Assembly: GCF_009914755.1 (NCBI RefSeq)
Contig: NC_060931.1
DNA length: 64,000 nucleotides
From: the human T2T-CHM13v2.0 reference genome, Homo sapiens
Direction: 5' to 3' (one strand)
Shown: in pieces, positions 41,570 through 53,678 of the stretch
Layout: the number at the start of each line of letters is the position of its first letter
Numbering within the stretch: position 1 is the stretch's first letter
Notes under the pieces: model-generated
Databases searched by the model: none
The model's input: the letters and a program-made list of their open reading frames with translations, nothing else
Told to the model about the DNA's origin: nothing
Made by a program: the position numbers and the translations under genes

Positions 41570-41730
41570 CTCCTTGGTTCTTTTTCACTTACAAGCTTTG
41601 TAACCTTTCTGTGCTTCAGGTTTCTCATTTGTAAAATAGGGAATAATAATAGTCCCTATCTCATCAGAATTTTGTGAAGATCAAATGAGTTAATAAATGT
41701 ACAGCGTTTAGAATAGTGCTCAGTAAACTT
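41570..41730 (+). mobile_element. MIR SINE
   Basis: CTGTGCTTCAGGTTTCTCATTTGTAAAATAGGGAATAATAATAGTCCCTATCTCATCAGAATTTTGTGAAGATCAAATGAG core. Confidence 0.85.
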
Positions 41731-43260
41731 TAGGCTTCCTCCTCTCCCCTAACCATTTCCTTTTCCTGCTCCCCTTTGCCCCTCTCCTTCTCTTTGTCCT
41801 TTGCTCCTTCCCCCTTCATTGTCATTATTCAGATATGATGCTAATGATTGTCTTCGTATTAGAAAATTTCTAAAAAAGTTTTCTGTGGTGGTTGTGGTGT
41901 GTTTAAGAATGAGGATTACTTGCCAACCTAATCCTTTAAGAAGATTCAGCTGACAGTGTTTGGAATTGGTCAGCATCACCAGGAGACCAGGTATGGGAGG
42001 CTGTAATAGTCCCTGTGAGAGGCAGTAGGAGCCTCAACTGGGGTAGAGAGAGAATCGAAAAGAAAATGTTCATGGGAAAAACACTGTAGGTTTGAGTTCA
42101 GAGATTTTTATACAGGAATGAGAGAGATGTCAGGCCTAGGTGCTGAGAGTATGATGGTCCTCCAGATAGGGCTGTTGGGAGGAGGAGCTGATTTGGTAAG
42201 ATTCAAAAAAGCTTTTATCTAGGGAAGTGAGTTTTATTTTTGAAATGCTGAGTTTTACACAATGATGAATCATACAAATTCACATGTCCTGCAGATAGTT
42301 GAAAATGTGAATGCATGGCATATTTAGCAGTGAGTGGACCAGTTTAGTTGGATTGGAAGTTCATGTAGTTTACTTTCTTCAAGCTTGATCCAGTATTTGA
42401 TTGGTCTAATCTTAATGTTTTTGAAGTATCTATTTGTTTCCTTCTGGGAAAGAAGCATGTTTGTTGTATAGCAGGAGTGTCACTTTGGGGACATTACCGC
42501 ATGTTCTGTCCCATTTAGAGAGATTCAGACAAGTCTATGCAGTTTCTTTCTATTGAACAGGTTTCTTTTTCTTGTTTTTCTTCTCTCATTGTGATGATTG
42601 AAGATCAGGGAAAATATTAGATATTTGAAGATGGACATTGTTTTATTACCGCTTATATTTAATATGCCCTGCATACTTCAGCCAACATTCATCATGTCCT
42701 AACTTCCCTAGATATTTTGCTGACATGGAAATGCAGTGGTATTCAGAGAGGAGCTGGCATAGTGGAGTCTAATACCAGTTTTACTTGTCTTATAAAGCCA
42801 TAACCATGATATTGCTGAATAAATGAGACTATCAAATAAGAGGTGGCAACAAGATTACAGTACTGCAGAAATCCTGGGGGCAGAATAAAATTGTCTATTT
42901 ACTAAGCATAACTATTTGATATAACTGTTTGATGTTATGCCTTCTTCCTTCTCCTTTGCTAAATTGCTTTGGCCCATACTTTTAACACTGTATTCTCTAC
43001 TTGCCAGCTTTATAAAGTGGGTTAGTTGTTGAATTCTACTGCTTCCATGTATATTTCTATCTTATCTTCCTCTGCCCGTTTGTTGTTCTTTCCTGAGATC
43101 TCAGGTAGATGCTGACCAATTCCAAATACTGCCTTCCTGGGTAGGAAGGGAATAAGTAGAAATGAGGTAATGGGTATGCTGTTTCTCAGAGATACCTTGG
43201 AGCAGACCAGTAGCTCTTTTGGCTAGGGGATTATGAAGTGACATTTCTCTATCATCCTTC

Positions 43261-43394
43261 TTATTTATTTATTTATAAGAGGTGAGGTTTTGCCGTGTTG
43301 CCCAGGCTGGTCTCAAACTCCTGAGCTCAAGGGATCCACCCACCTAGGCTTCCCAAAGTGCTAGGATTACAGACATGAGCTACCGCGTCCAGCT
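43261..43394 (-). mobile_element. FLAM-type Alu left monomer
   Basis: (TTTA)n tail plus GTTGCCCAGGCTGGTCTCAAACTCCTGAGCTCAAG...GCGTCCAGC. Confidence 0.85.
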
Positions 43395-45630
43395 GATCAC
43401 CCACTTTTAAAACCCCAGGTATCTTTGGTTTTGTTTCTTTTCTTCCCAAACTGAAGGGAGCTATTGGTACTCAGTGAGATGTGGCCTCTGAAGCTGGAGA
43501 GGTGTTTGTCAGGGCTCAAATGTAAGCTGCTTATTAATAATGAAGTTTCAATGGGTATGTGCTGTAGGGATTCGAGGGTGTATTTGTCTACAAAAAAGTC
43601 TTGTTTTCATTTTATGGAATGACTTTTTTCTCCCCGTTCTCTCTCCTCCTTCTTCTCTTTCCCCTTCCCTACCTCCCTTGTTTCTTTCATGCAGCATTTC
43701 TACCAATGTTGTTTATGGGTGTCCTTTGGTTTCATTCTAACCATGCATCCTTTTGAGTTCTTAAAATAGGACTAAGTCCATATATCAATCTTCATTGTTT
43801 TCTTTCCACTTCCTCCTCCCATGAGGAAGAATGATTAGGATTCATTAATGCACAGTCATTGTTCCCACGAGTTCTTGATTTTTGTATCTCCAGTATCTAG
43901 AAAATGCTCTCAACTCTCAGTTGTATTTACGATCACAGACCTGTACATACTCTGAATGCTCCTTAAATATGAACTAAAACTTATTAGAGAGATTCATTTA
44001 GGAGAATATTCTTTTTGCTTTATTTGCTCTAAGTTCCATACCTGCCCATTCATGAGTGTGACTTTTTGGGGTCATGCCTTTATGTTGCCATATAACCACA
44101 GCTGTGCTGGTGGGTTGTCAAAGGTTATAGACAATTGGCTCTCACAGCCTGGAGTAAGGATGCCCTGCCCCAAGGCGCTGCAGCTCTTGACAACCCTTGG
44201 TTTTCCCGTCACTCCACACTAGTTACCAAAGCCTGGCTAGGGATGTCGAAGCATTTGTATTTTTCTCCGTTTTCAATCTGTATTATGAATTCTGGGAAAG
44301 TCTGTAGCCACTGTTTTGATCCTCTGGTGGTTTTCTTGGTGGCAGGACTTGTTAAACAGAGAATGGGCTTTAAATTGTTAATCAGTGTAAATGGATTTAA
44401 AAAATCAATTTCAGTCATTTTTAGAACTACATAAGCTTAAGGGGGAAGTGAAAAATAGTGAAGAAGGTGGGAGAGAGATTTAGTAAATCTATAAAGCATG
44501 TGTGCCACCTCAAATGTTTCCAATTATCGAGGCTTCCAAAACAGAATCTCCTGTCTACGGATGCAGCTTGGTTATGTGAGAAGTACCTCCTAGATATATA
44601 TGAAGAACAAAAATGGGGACAAAAATATCGATGATCCAGATTCACAGGAATTCAACCAGTGAAGACTGGAGAATAAAAAACACTGGGTGGGAAGGGTGTG
44701 GTGTGACTCCTTGAAGATGCCATCACACTAGCTTTTGGAAGTTCCCTGTTAGTTTCTATGACTTTTTCCTTGTTGGAGACCTGGTTGGAAAATAGTAACT
44801 TCATAAAAGATATTTGCACATTGCCCATTGTCTCTAGATCTCTCTCAACTATAATTTTTGCCCTTACCCTTTAGAGATTTCTTTTGTCAGCTTACAGAAG
44901 CCAAATCTGTCTCAAGTCTGAAATGGTCAGGTTCCTGCTTGAAAGAACATGGATGTTAGACATCTTAGTCTGAACTTGTAGGGAAGATCTGAAGAGAGCC
45001 TTGCTTTGGGCCTGTTCACCATTGAGCATTTTTCCTACTTGCTAACTGTCTTTTGGGATAGGTAGCCCACATCCTCCATATATATGAGCAAAGGAACTAA
45101 TAATCTGAAGAAAATAGTTTTTCAGTCTTCTGAGCTTTCCACCCTGTTGTTGAATCCTGTGGTGACCTTCCTTACTCGTTTCTAACCTAGTTGCAAAGAA
45201 AGATATCAGCACCCTGTAGCTTTCCTTCTAGATCAGCCCCATGGTAAAACATCCCCTGCATAGCTGACGATAAGTGAGATCAGCCATGTGGTATGTTAGG
45301 AATCAATATCGGAACTCTGTCGCCTTCAGACCTCCATCCTGGCTCTTCTGAGAATGCCTGTAATTGTGGGGAAAGTATAGTCAATGTGTAAAGGGAGTAG
45401 AGGCAGTTTTCCAGCATTAAGACATTGGAGTTTTTGAGGGTCATGGGTGACAGAGGCCTAGGATACATGCCTGATGTCTCACAGTAAACAGCCATAAGGT
45501 GCCTTTTGTGCTGAGTTTATAAGATTTTATCACAGGGCCTTGAAGTTACCATAAAGAATATGTAATAAATATATGTGTGTGCATGCATGCAGGCATCTGC
45601 ATGAGATATATGCCTCTACTATCAGTGAAG

Positions 45631-46089
45631 TAGTAGTTCCCCTTGACCTGCAATTTTAGTTGCCCATGATCAACCACAGTCTGAAAATATTAAATGGAAA
45701 ATCCTAGAAATAAACAACGCATAAATTTTAAATTGTGTGCCTTTCTGAGGAGCCCCATTCGGTGAAGAGAGATCTCACCTTCCAGCGTAGGCTATGAATC
45801 ATCGCTTTCTCCACTGTATCCAGATTGTATACACTACCTGCATCTTAGTCTCTTAGTAGCCATCTCAGTAATTAGATCGACTGGCTATGGATGCTTGCAT
45901 ATTGTTATAATTGTTCTGTTTTATTAGTAGTTATTGTTGTTAATCTCTTACTGTGCTAAATTATAGGTTAAACTTTATTATAGGTATGTATATATAGGAA
46001 AAAATACAGAGTTCAGTACTATGTGCAATTTCAGGCATTTACTGGGGGTCTTGGAGCATATATTTCTTGCGGATAAGGAGGGACTACTG
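45631..46089. mobile_element. MER44-like (Tigger7-derived) DNA transposon fossil
   Basis: TIRs TAGTAGTTCCCCTTGACCTGC ... GCGGATAAGGAGGGACTACTG|TA. Internal CAACCACAGTCTGAAAATATTAAATGGAAAAT. Confidence 0.8.
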
Positions 46090-46378
46090 TATTATGGATA
46101 TACTACCCTATTAATTATATTTCATTTCTTTCCTTTGCCCATGACTAAAATATATTGCAGGCTCTCTTCTTTATAGGTTTACTTTATTCTGAATATGTGC
46201 CCACATGTGTTTACCTTAAGGAAAATATTCGGCTTTTCTGATCTCCATGGATGCCTCAGAGACTGATAAAATGTAGATAGTTTGTAGGTGAAAAATGTTA
46301 AGTTCAAAGAGCTAGATAAAGATCTAAGAAACAGAGCCACTGAGTTATCTGCATCCTTTTCAGCTGGAGAATGCAGGG

Positions 46379-46402
46379 GTGTGTGTGTGTGTGTGTGTGT
46401 GT
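46379..46402. repeat. (GT)12 microsatellite
   Basis: Read directly from the sequence. Confidence 0.97.
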
Positions 46403-46439
46403 ATAATGGTGTTATTCCCTGTGCCCACTTTCTTGATAC

Positions 46440-47091
46440 TGTTGAGGCCCAGAACGTGATACCCCACAGGGTGACATTTTTACATGCCCAGAGGTCTCTT
46501 AATTTTGTCTACCTCACCCAGCTACCCACCGTCTCCCACAGCGCAGGGAGGGACTCTTTCTGGAATTTCCTATTTGACTAAGATAGCTTCTTTCCAACAG
46601 AAATGCAATTGTCTTAAATTCCCTTTCTAGAGATCTCACCAGATAATCAGGAAAGATGTACCACTGCAGTATAATAGAGAGTGGGCACCATCACCATGCT
46701 CAGACTTTTCATCTATAGTTCTGAGGGCAGCTCTGAGGGATTAACCTGGGAGACTATTGGCTTAATAAGACAACCTTTGTTTCTGTGCAGCTTCACTTCT
46801 CACCTTCCAGTAATGTCTGCCTCCCACTCTCTGGGTCCATTTATTCTCCCTGAAGATTTACTGCTCCTCAAAGAATTACCACATTCCCCATCTCACCCCT
46901 CCCCTATGAAAAGGGGTACATAAGCTTCTGTTCCACCCTAGGTTATTGGATAATCATTCTATGATTCCCTCCATGCTATGCACATTAAAATTAAATTTTT
47001 TATGCTCTTTCTTTTGTTAATCTGCCTTTTGTCAGCTGATTTTTAGGGAACCTCCAGAGGGCAAAGGGGGAGTTTACCCTCAGCCCCTATA
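46440..47091 (+). mobile_element. ERV1-class solo LTR (MER39/MER34-like), sense to SND1
   Basis: Starts TGTTGAGGCCCAGAACGTGATACCCC and ends TTAATCTGCCTTTTGTCAG...AACCTCCAGAGGGCAAAGGGGGAGTTT...GCCCCTATA. 4-bp TSD ATAC/ATAT. TATA-like TACATAAG and two ATTAAA. Confidence 0.75.
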
Positions 47092-47408
47092 ATATTTTTA
47101 TTCATTTAACCCAGGTTCTTTTTTACCAAGTAGTATATTCCTTTTAAGTTAGCTCTACTTATGGGCACCAAATATTCAAAGTCACAGAATGCATGAATGA
47201 GTGAGAAAGAGTATATATGTATATGGGGAAAGTTTTATCTTTATTGTCCCCGTTGAAATATGCATTACCTTTGGCTGTAAATATAACTGGACAGGCAAAT
47301 GCAAAACACACAGTCTGGTTCTCTCATTGAAAAGCTCGCTCTGCCCCTTCATGGTTTGACTCTATGGAAAGTTAGCGGTGGTTGGTGTTTGGTGTCAAAT
47401 GGAAACAA

Positions 47409-47601
47409 TTTTTTTTGTTTTTGAGACAGTCTCACTCTGTCACCGAGTCTGGAGTGCAGTGATGTGACACTCTGTCACCCAGTCTGGAGTGCAGTGGTGT
47501 GACCATGGCTCACTGTAGCCTTGATCTCCTGGACGCAAGAGATCCTCCTGCCTCGCCCTCCCAAAGTGTTAGAATTATAGGCGTGAGCCACCCCAACAGC
47601 C
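47409..47601 (-). mobile_element. Alu monomer with an internal 35-bp tandem duplication
   Basis: CACTCTGTCACC.AGTCTGGAGTGCAGTG.TGTGA occurs twice (47433-47467, 47468-47502). Flanked by AAACAATT direct repeats. Confidence 0.85.
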
Positions 47602-47634
47602 AAAACAATTCATTCTTAAAGCAGTTGGGGCAGA

Positions 47635-47940
47635 GGCTGGACGCAGTGGCTCATGCCTGTAATCTCAGCACTTTGGGAGGCCAAGGTGAGAGGATCACTT
47701 GGGCCCAGGAGTTCACAACCATCCTGGGCAATATAGCAAGCCCCTGTCTCTACAGTAAAAATTCAAAAATGAGCCAAGCATGGTGGCATGTGCCTGTAGT
47801 CCTAGCTACTCAGGGGGCTGGGGTAGGAGGATCCCTTAAGCCCAGGAGTTTGAGGCTGTAGTTACTATGATCATACCACTGCACTGTAGCCTGGGTGACA
47901 GGGCATGACCCTGTCCCTTTTATATATGTTAAAAAAAGGA
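47635..47940 (+). mobile_element. AluJ element
   Basis: Dimer. TSD AAAGCAGTTGGGGCAGA (47618-47634) / AAAGCAATTAAGGCAGA (47941-47957). Confidence 0.9.
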
Positions 47941-48011
47941 AAAGCAATTAAGGCAGATCAAAGGCATATGTGCTCAGAGGGGTAGTCTGGCTTGGGGTGT
48001 CAGAGCCCCAT

Positions 48012-48137
48012 AGGAGGGGAAGGAAGGCAGGCAGGAAGGGAGGGAGGAAGGGAGGGAGGGAGGGAGGGACGGAGGAGAAAAGAGGAGAGGAGGGGAGGGG
48101 AGGGGAGGGGAAGAGAGGGGAGAGGAGAGGAGAGGAA
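48012..48137. repeat. Polypurine (GGAA/GGGA/GGAGA) low-complexity tract
   Basis: About 125 bp of almost only G and A, with many G3-G4 runs. Confidence 0.95.
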
Positions 48138-49104
48138 TTTAATTATTTTGGAAATAGAGCACTGGAACATTATTTTCCTAGCCAAGTTTTCCCAGCATGT
48201 AATCAAGGACGATAACTTTCTGCATGCTTTCCCAGCTTTTGTCTTCCTCCTCTCAATTATCTGGGACTTCAATTTAAAAAGAGAATGAAAGGGAGGGAGA
48301 GAAAGTGGAATTAGCCTAGATCCATGTACTTGACTGTCTCATTCATTTCTTTTGGCTGCTAATGAAAGGTCAGGAAATTTTCCCCTGGCTACAGATGGCT
48401 CAGAACCTGACACTACTGAGTTGATCAGTTGCCCAGTAAGAAAAGAGAACATTAAATTGTGTGCCATGACATTATGCTGCTTTAGACAAATTTATAAATT
48501 CTGCTTTCTTGAGTGTATCAGTAATTCTACTCCAATTACACATGTCTGGCCTGAATGGATAATTCACAATCGGCATATAAAAAGGGACCTAACAACCTTG
48601 GAAGTCTAACAGTAAGCCATCACTCTCCATGTCAGCTAGAAACAAAAAGAGAATTAGTGCTAGGACTGAAATGCTTCTCCAAACTAAAAGAGATGTTTAG
48701 GGTTCTACTAAAAGTCAACAGTTTCCATTAGGCATGATCAGGTGGTTCCTGATATAAACAAACACAGGTGACATGGGTCTCACAGGCAGTCTTGCCCAAA
48801 AGATAGACGAGCAGTTGACATCTTCCCCTCTAGTTAATTTCCATGCAAGCAGGTTGTAATATAAGCTCAAACTTAGCCACTATAAGATAGTAGTGAAACC
48901 GTGGGGTCCAATATTATGCCAACATGGAGAAAATATGTTCCATACCCATACAAGAGAACAGGAATCCTAGGGGGTAAAATTCAATTGTAGTAGGCCTTAA
49001 TTGTTTGATCATATTTTTGCCTGCCTTCCCTACCTCTAACAATATTGGAAGTAACAATATATTGACAATTGATAATTTGTCTAAAACTGTCCAGTTTACT
49101 TCAC

Positions 49105-50780
49105 AATGTGTGTTTGTGTTAATTTTGAAACCACTTAAGCTTATAGAAAAGTTGCACATAACTGTACAAAGAGCATACCTTTCAACTATTTAAGAGCAAC
49201 TGGCCGATCTATTGTACCTCTCCTCAGATAATTTATCTTGCATTTTCTATGAGGCAGGACATTTTCCTGCATACTCAGAAAACATTAGAACTTGGATATT
49301 AACACATTGCTATCATCTAATCCACAAACCTACTCAAATTTTGCCAACTGTTCTAATGGAATACTTCAAGAAAACGATCTAGTTCAGAATCAGGTGTTGC
49401 AGTTAGAGGTCATGTCACTCTAGTCTGGAATAGTTCTTCAGTCTTTCTTTGACCATCATGGCCTTGACACTTCTGAAGAGTACAGGTCAGTTATTTTGGT
49501 TTGTCTGATGTTTCTTCATGACCATAAAGTTAAGCACTGATTCATCATTTATTGATGATGGTAGTCTTGATCATTTGATTTGAGTCGTGTCTACCAGGCT
49601 TCTCCACTGTAAAGGTACTATTTTACTCTTTCTAATTAATAGATATTTTGTGAGGAGACACTTTGAACTACATAGTTTTCACCTCTCATTAAACTCCCAA
49701 GTTATTTATTTGTTTATATTAGAATGAATTCATGGAATCTCATTTTATTCAAACAGTTATAATCCACTCAAATTGTTCCCAATTTGGCCAGTAGGAGCCA
49801 GGACTTCTGTGTCCTTTGGACATGTCTCCTATTTTTTTTTGAGCACTTCCTTGTTTTCTGGTACTACATGTTCCAGGCTTATCTTGTACTGTCTTCCCCA
49901 GATCTGAAATTAGCCATTTATCTAAGGAGCCCACATTTCCATCTATATTTATTTTTATATGTTTATTTCTAAATCTATCTATATCTATTGAAAACCATGT
50001 GTGGCAGTCATGAAAATGTGCCTCCTGGATCTCCAACTGCAGGAAACATAATAGACTGACAGCCCAGCTGCTGTGCTTTGAAATCAATCACTGCTACTTC
50101 AGCCAAGGCTATGCTTCCCACCAGCTGCTCCCAGCCAATAGCGGAGCGCAACAGAGATACTAAGGCAGGCCTATTGCTGAGGGACATAGGGTTCCTCTGA
50201 CGGACAATTTTGACTTCTTATCAAGCTTTGACGAAACTCTTTGGAACAGGCCCGTAGCTCAGATGTTCCCTATCTAACCTTCCTTCATTCCCTCCATTCT
50301 GCACAGGGGTTTGACCTGCACTGCAGTCTGTTGGCTCTTCCCAGGCCTCCTGGGGTTCCCTTCCCACCTTCCTTGAGATGAGTTTTCTCCAATTAATCTC
50401 TTGCACATCTAATCCTTCTTGGCACGTGCCTCTTATAGAACCTGAACCAACATACCATGAGTTCACACAAATACCTAAAATTCCAATCCACTGCTACAGG
50501 GTTCATTCTAGTTTTCTTCCTTTCCATATTTGTATATACCTACTCTGACAGTGAGAAACCTGGCTTATCCTTAGTACTTTCACTGGTAGGGTTGATATTC
50601 CTTAGTGTAACCAATCTTGTAACACTGATGTCACCCCTCCCAAGTGGACACTCAGTCTTTAATGCCTGGCTATGGAGCCACCTTCCATGTGGATGTTTGC
50701 ACCCAGGTTGAACTCTGATACCTTGTATGAGTGATCATCCTTACCTTCCTATGGGGCTCTGACACCCCAAGCCAGACTAG
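49105..50780 (-). mobile_element. Old L1 (L1MC4-like) 3' region, interrupted by an LTR
   Basis: TTTGAAACCACTTAAGCTTATAGAAAAGTTGCA 3' end, TTGTTCCCAATTTGGCCAGTAGGAGCC, and GAAAACCATG|AGTTCACAC continuity across the LTR insertion. Confidence 0.7.
50000..50454 (+). mobile_element. ERVL-class solo LTR (LTR40-like) nested in L1
   Basis: TGTGGCAGTCATGAAAATGTGCCTCC...GAACCTGAACCAACATA, with a perfect 5-bp TSD CCATG (49995-49999 / 50455-50459). Confidence 0.8.
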
Positions 50781-52670
50781 CCTATACTTTGTGCAAAATA
50801 CTGTGCTTGGAACTGGGATATAGAGCAAGAAAAGCATGGCCCCTGCCCTCACAGTGTTTATCACTCACCAAGGAAGATAAACAATGAATGAATAATTGCC
50901 ATATATTGTGATGGTGTATCACATGGGGAACCCACCAAGAAGAGAACACATGTGATTCTCATATGCATCGCACGTAGTGAATGCCCAATGGTGATGGTTG
51001 TTATCATTTCATGTATTTTTACTCTTGTTACCGCTAAGCACCAGCATCACAACTGTTCCTCCAGGAGAAATCTATAATTAGGGGATAAGAAGCTAAGAGA
51101 ACATGGCTTAGATGCTGAGCTTTAAAGGAAAGAGAGAAGAAAGTTAGTGGGCAGGGTGTGGAGTGATTTGGGAATCTAAGGCCTCAGGAACTCCATATGG
51201 CAGGTCTTAACTGGTTTGTAGACATTTGCTGATAGGATAAAGAGGGCAGGGACAAGGAAGAGTAGAGAAAGTGCCCTTGGTTTTTCCCGGCCAGGCAGGT
51301 ACTCAGTAATTCTGTGTATTGATTTGAGCAGCATTAACTGGGGTGGATCATTAAACATTTGTGTTGTTTTTCTTTATATATCAAAGCTTGTTTGTGTGAA
51401 TTTTTCCTTGCCTGCTCTGCCATTCCCACTTTCTCCTCCAAACCCCATGTATTTACTGTAAAATGTCAATGCTCAGTAATTCAAAATGCAGTAACAAATA
51501 TTTCTTTGTTTTCTTGGCATTTAAAACAGCCAGGACATCTCAAACTATCAAAAGTGGAGTTGTCCCCCATGCCACTCCCCAGCCTTCTTACTAGCTCTTT
51601 GATGGGTGGAGCCTCTCTTGTTCCCTGCTAGGGCCCCTTAGTGACAACTTTAGTTTAAATCCTCACCATGTATCAACATCTACATCTGCTGATTTGAGGC
51701 TGTTGCCTTCTCCATGCTGCCAAACACAACTCTGTGATAATGACAGCATTTGCCAGCACGCTTATGTGGTGACTCAGGAGACAGGGTGGCCAGCAAAGCA
51801 GCCTCTTTGTGGGAGTGGATTTTGAGAAGTGCTAATTCCGTGGCAGTTTGGAGATATTAATACCGTGCTGGCAGTAGATAAACAGACATCCGAGGGGCAT
51901 ATAATGAGAAGATAATCAGCCACTGCATCTTTTCCTCCTTGCTCTACCAACACATTTATTTTTTCTTCTTTAAAAAAAAAAAAGCATGTTCTCCTGGGTT
52001 TTGACGAATAGAGCCCTTAAATTGCGTAAACATGCACAGATACTGGTTGGTTCAGCTCCCAGCATCCCCACAGTATAACTTTCTAAGAACCACTGGTGTG
52101 TTAGGAGTTAACCACATTTTCAAACAATACTCAGTCATAGCATATGGCACGGTAGCCTATTGCTTACCATAGCCTCTCCCTAAAGGGCAGCAAACCAGAT
52201 GGTTTGAGTAGGGCCTTTGGTGTAATTATGACAGACACAAAGAAAGACATAACCACCATTCTCCCTCAATAATATCATGCTTCTTGTTTTCCAGTATTTG
52301 CTATAGTTAATTATACTTAATTTTTGAAAATTTGTTTTTGCAGTTTGATTGTTCATAACAAAGTTCCCTTTCCAGGTTGGGGAGGAACCATTCAAATATG
52401 TATCATTAAGTGTCTGCATATCATTTCCCATTCATCCTTCTCTAGCTAGTAGATGCAGGCCACATAGAGTGGCATCTCTCATTCCCAAGTGTGAGCAATT
52501 TTCTTATTCTGGCAAAAAAAAAAAAAAAAAAAAAGATTTGTTGCATTTGAGAATTACTTTGCATTAGAGTCTAACCTGAGATTTTTTGTAGCTCCCATGG
52601 AGTATTGCTCCAAAACTGGTCATCTCAGATTTTATATTGTTTACTTTCTTTGTTCCCCATCTTGATTTGC

Positions 52671-52955
52671 TTTTTTCTTTCTTTTTTGAGATAGGGCCTC
52701 ATTCTTTTACCCATGCTGCAGTGTAGTGGTGTGATCACAGCTCACAGCAACCTCAAACTCCTGATCCTCCTCCCTCAGCATTCCAAGTAGCTGGAACTAC
52801 AGGCATGCACCACCACACTCGGCTAATTTTTAAATTTTTATTATGGAGATGGGGGTCTCATTGTGTTGTCCAGGCTGCTCACAAACTCCTGGGCTCAAGT
52901 GATCCCAGCGCCCGGGCCTCCCAAAGTGTTGGGATCATAGGCATGAGCCACAGCA
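52671..52955 (-). mobile_element. AluJ element
   Basis: Diverged antisense dimer about 600 bp upstream of the second exon. Confidence 0.88.
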
Positions 52956-53567
52956 CAAAGAATTTCCTTTCTACTAGAATGCCTCCCTCCTGCCTGCCTC
53001 TTCTCTCTTCATTCATAGTCTTATCTTTTCCAAGCCCACTTTGGGTAGAAGATCTACTCTCAGGAGTTCTTATAAGAGAAACACTTCGTTATGTAAAACC
53101 AATGTTTCTAACGTTGCCAAACTAAAAGAAGACATTTTCTGGTTGTTCTGTCGGCTAGAAAGATTTTGAGAAATTTAGGTCATGCTTTTATATGTTCCAT
53201 TTTTTTCTCTATGTGCCTAATATTTTATAGCAGACTTTTCTTGAGGGCAGTGGCTTGTTTATAACATTCTGTAAATAGCCTGGTGCAATGTGGGCTTTTT
53301 ACAGATTTTTTTTTTTTTGCTAGTTTTTAATATTTGGATTGATATAGCATCTGACTGTACTAACCAGAAAAATGCTGAGCTAGGGAACTTTGTTATTTAA
53401 CCTTTTATTTGGATTTCTAGCTTAGCAACTCATAGGTCTTGAAACCTTGGCTTCTCTCTCCCTCTGCCAGAATGCGTTAAGACCTCCAGGTGCTAACTGT
53501 TATTATTTCTGTTGACTGAGCCCCATATGCACTTCTAGTGCTCACTGACCTATCTTTTCTGTTGCAG

Positions 53568-53678
53568 AAACATTGCTGAGGCTCTTGTCAGCAAAGGTCT
53601 AGCCACAGTGATCAGATACCGGCAGGATGATGACCAGAGATCATCACACTACGATGAACTGCTTGCTGCAGAGGCCAG
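53568..53678 (+). CDS. SND1: SND1 internal coding exon (111 bp, phase 2 to 2; probably exon 13), part of the SN3 domain
   Basis: Branch CACTGAC (53543-53549), TCTTTTCTGTTGCAG| acceptor, CAG|GTAAGA donor. Translates (I)[36 protein letters not shown](R). AT from the previous exon plus A here completes an Ile codon, so the exons join in frame. Confidence 0.97.

Noticed and set aside
47970-48288. Gly/Arg/Glu-rich ORFs
   Set aside because: Artefact of the stop-free polypurine tract.
47983-50779. Novel TIR DNA transposon bounded by the 33-bp inverted repeats
   Set aside because: No TSD beyond the trivially palindromic TA, no transposase ORF, termini unlike known TIR families, and an interior that is a patchwork of much older unrelated repeats.
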